Below are positions 22,309 through 24,000 of a DNA stretch of 24,000 bases, piece by piece. Both the position numbers and the translations under genes were made by a program. The stretch is from an uncultured Acidimicrobiales bacterium. Lineage in GTDB: Bacteria > Actinomycetota > Acidimicrobiia > Acidimicrobiales > CAZWDB01. The notes under the pieces were generated by a model. It did no database searches and had not been told where the DNA came from. It saw nothing but the letters and a program-made list of their open reading frames with translations. The stretch lies in NCBI GenBank assembly GCA_964632885.1, contig CAZWDB010000001.1, positions 93,462-117,461 of the forward strand, read 5' to 3'. Numbering within the stretch: the stretch's first letter is position 1; every line of letters starts with the position of its first letter.

Positions 22309-24000
22309 CTACGCGTTCGATGCCAGGACGTCGTCTCCCATGTGCTCCATCCATTGGGCGAACATGCCCGCGTAGATGCCACCCAGGGCGACAAGCTCAT
22401 CATGGCTTCCGAGCTCGACGATGCGGCCGTCGCTGACGACGCCGATCCGGTCGGCCCGCATCGCCGTGGAGAGGCGGTGGGCGATGATGATCGCGGTGCG
22501 GCCCTCGAGCACGTTGTCGAGGGCGCGCTCGATGATCGCCTCAGACTTGAGGTCGAGGCTAGAGGTCGCCTCGTCGAGCACGAGCACGCGGGGCTGGGCC
22601 AGAAACGCCCGGGCAAGCGCGAGCAGCTGACGCTCGCCCGAAGACAGGGACGATCCCCGCTCGTAGACCGGTGCATCGATGCCTTCAGGAAGGCGGGCAA
22701 CGAGCTCGTCGAGACCCACCGCCCGGCACGCCTCCATGACGTCTTCGTCGGTCGCCTCCGGGCGGGCGAAGGCAACGTTGTCGCGGATGGTGCCGCCGAA
22801 GAGGAAGGCCTCCTGCGGAACGATGCCGAGCTGGCTGCGCAGTGAATCGATGGTTACGTCGCGAAGGTCGTAGCCGTCGAGGAGGACGCGACCCTCGGTC
22901 GGGTCGTAGAAGCGAGTGACGAGCTTGGCGATCGTCGACTTGCCGGCGCCGGTCTGGCCCACGAGCGAGAAAGTCTCACCCGCCTCGATCGTGAGGTCGA
23001 CGTCGCGCAGCACCGGTTCCGCCGGCCGGTAGCCAAAGGTGACGTTGTCGAGGGTGATCTCACCGACGATGGCCGGAAGCTCGATGGCGTCGGGCCGCTC
23101 TGCCACCGAGGGCTTCGTCTCGAACAGGTCGGCGAGCTTGTGCACCGCCGCCTGGCCCTTCTGGTAGCTGTTGTACAGCTGGACGAGCTGCTGGATCGGG
23201 GCGAAGAACGTCGTGAGGTAGAGCACGAACGCGGTGAGCTCGCCCACCTGGAGGTTCCCCTGGAGCACCATCCAGCCGCCGACCACAAGGACGAGCATCT
23301 GGGAGAGGGTGCCGACGGCGTCGGCGCCCGGACCGTAGATAGCGGCCACACGAGCGGCCCTGTTGTTGGCGAACTGGTGGTCACCGACATAGTTGCGGTG
23401 CTTGGTCTCGTTGAACCGCTGCCGGTTGTAGGCAGCGATGATCCGGATTCCCGAGAGGTTCTCCTGGAGGTCGGCGAGCAGGTCGGCGATGCGGTTTCGG
23501 ACGTTCTCGTACTCGCGTTCCGAGGCGTTCCGGAACCACAACGTCATGACGAACATGAGCGGCACGATGCCGAACAGCACGACCATCGCCAGCTGCGCGT
23601 TGAGGATGAACAGCGCCGTCACGACGATTATGAGGGTGAAGCCCTGGACGACGAACTGGATGATGCCCTGTCCGAGCAGTTCCTGGAGCGCTTCGATGTC
23701 GCTCGTCATGCGGGTCATGATCCGGCCCGCCTTCTCCTCGGTGAAGAAGTCGAGCGACAGCCGCTGGAGGTGGGAGAAGACCCTCACCCGCAGGGTGCGC
23801 ATGAGTCGCTGACCGAGGCGGCCCGTCCACGCGGTGCGGCCCCATGTGGAGAACCCGTTGATGATCACGGCTCCCACGAAGAGGAGGCCCATGATGAGGA
23901 CGACACCGAAGTCGCCCTTGATGATCCCCTCGTCGATGGCGCGCTGGGTGAGCATCGGGCCTATGTTCATCGTGACGGCTTCGACCGCCACGATCGCGAC
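22309..24000 (-). CDS. ABC exporter, fused permease + ATPase (type I, MsbA-like); 5' end lies beyond the window
   Basis: TMD with a six-helix pattern, then Walker A GQTGAGKST, signature LSSGERQ, Walker B VLVLDEATSSLD and H-loop IIIAHRL. The reading frame stays open to position 24000. Confidence 0.9.
   Translation of the reverse strand, partial: VAIVAVEAVTMNIGPMLTQRAIDEGIIKGDFGVVLIMGLLFVGAVIINGFSTWGRTAWTGRLGQRLMRTLRVRVFSHLQRLSLDFFTEEKAGRIMTRMTSDIEALQELLGQGIIQFVVQGFTLIIVVTALFILNAQLAMVVLFGIVPLMFVMTLWFRNASEREYENVRNRIADLLADLQENLSGIRIIAAYNRQRFNETKHRNYVGDHQFANNRAARVAAIYGPGADAVGTLSQMLVLVVGGWMVLQGNLQVGELTAFVLYLTTFFAPIQQLVQLYNSYQKGQAAVHKLADLFETKPSVAERPDAIELPAIVGEITLDNVTFGYRPAEPVLRDVDLTIEAGETFSLVGQTGAGKSTIAKLVTRFYDPTEGRVLLDGYDLRDVTIDSLRSQLGIVPQEAFLFGGTIRDNVAFARPEATDEDVMEACRAVGLDELVARLPEGIDAPVYERGSSLSSGERQLLALARAFLAQPRVLVLDEATSSLDLKSEAIIERALDNVLEGRTAIIIAHRLSTAMRADRIGVVSDGRIVELGSHDELVALGGIYAGMFAQWMEHMGDDVLASNA

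Noticed and set aside
1-24000. tRNA, rRNA, transposase, integrase, prophage or defence-system genes
   Set aside because: Scanning both strands, I found no T-loop/anticodon-arm-like sequences outside coding regions. No ORF has DDE, tyrosine/serine recombinase, RT, Cas or toxin-antitoxin hallmarks. The window looks like core chromosome with scattered accessory enzymes.

Overview
High-GC, densely coding chromosomal segment of actinobacterial type, called from motifs only because no database search was possible. It holds about 27 protein genes on both strands. Housekeeping genes are hisE-hisG, typA/bipA, a TrmH/SpoU RNA methyltransferase and an ABC exporter. The rest is a mixed set: two SAM methyltransferases, three FMN/F420 split-barrel proteins, two SnoaL-like proteins, a fused double acyl-CoA dehydrogenase, a type-B carboxylesterase, tryptophanase, an APH(6)-like kinase, a tandem GNAT protein, an MBOAT + SGNH-like pair, a gamma-carbonic-anhydrase-like protein and a divergent DUF2087 pair. 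I saw no rRNA, tRNA, CRISPR array, transposase or integrase. The strongest non-genic signal is a family of four 49-53 bp palindromic elements at about 15.5, 16.0, 17.9 and 21.8 kb. Three are identical in all 48 stem positions. They sit exactly at gene boundaries, donate stop codons and C-terminal residues to flanking genes on both strands, and bracket yiaA-like and typA. Other points: (1) a small HTH gene plus a Clp_N-domain gene (ClpC2-like module) lies behind an apparently leaderless promoter overlapped by two GTCAAC-N4-GTTGAC palindromes, and the Clp_N gene carries a 1-nt frameshift; (2) four CTAG motifs fill one convergent intergenic gap at about 10-bp spacing; (3) a GTGGGGG x3 tract lies next to one palindrome; (4) a Trp-containing uORF and a direct repeat overlap the tnaA start.
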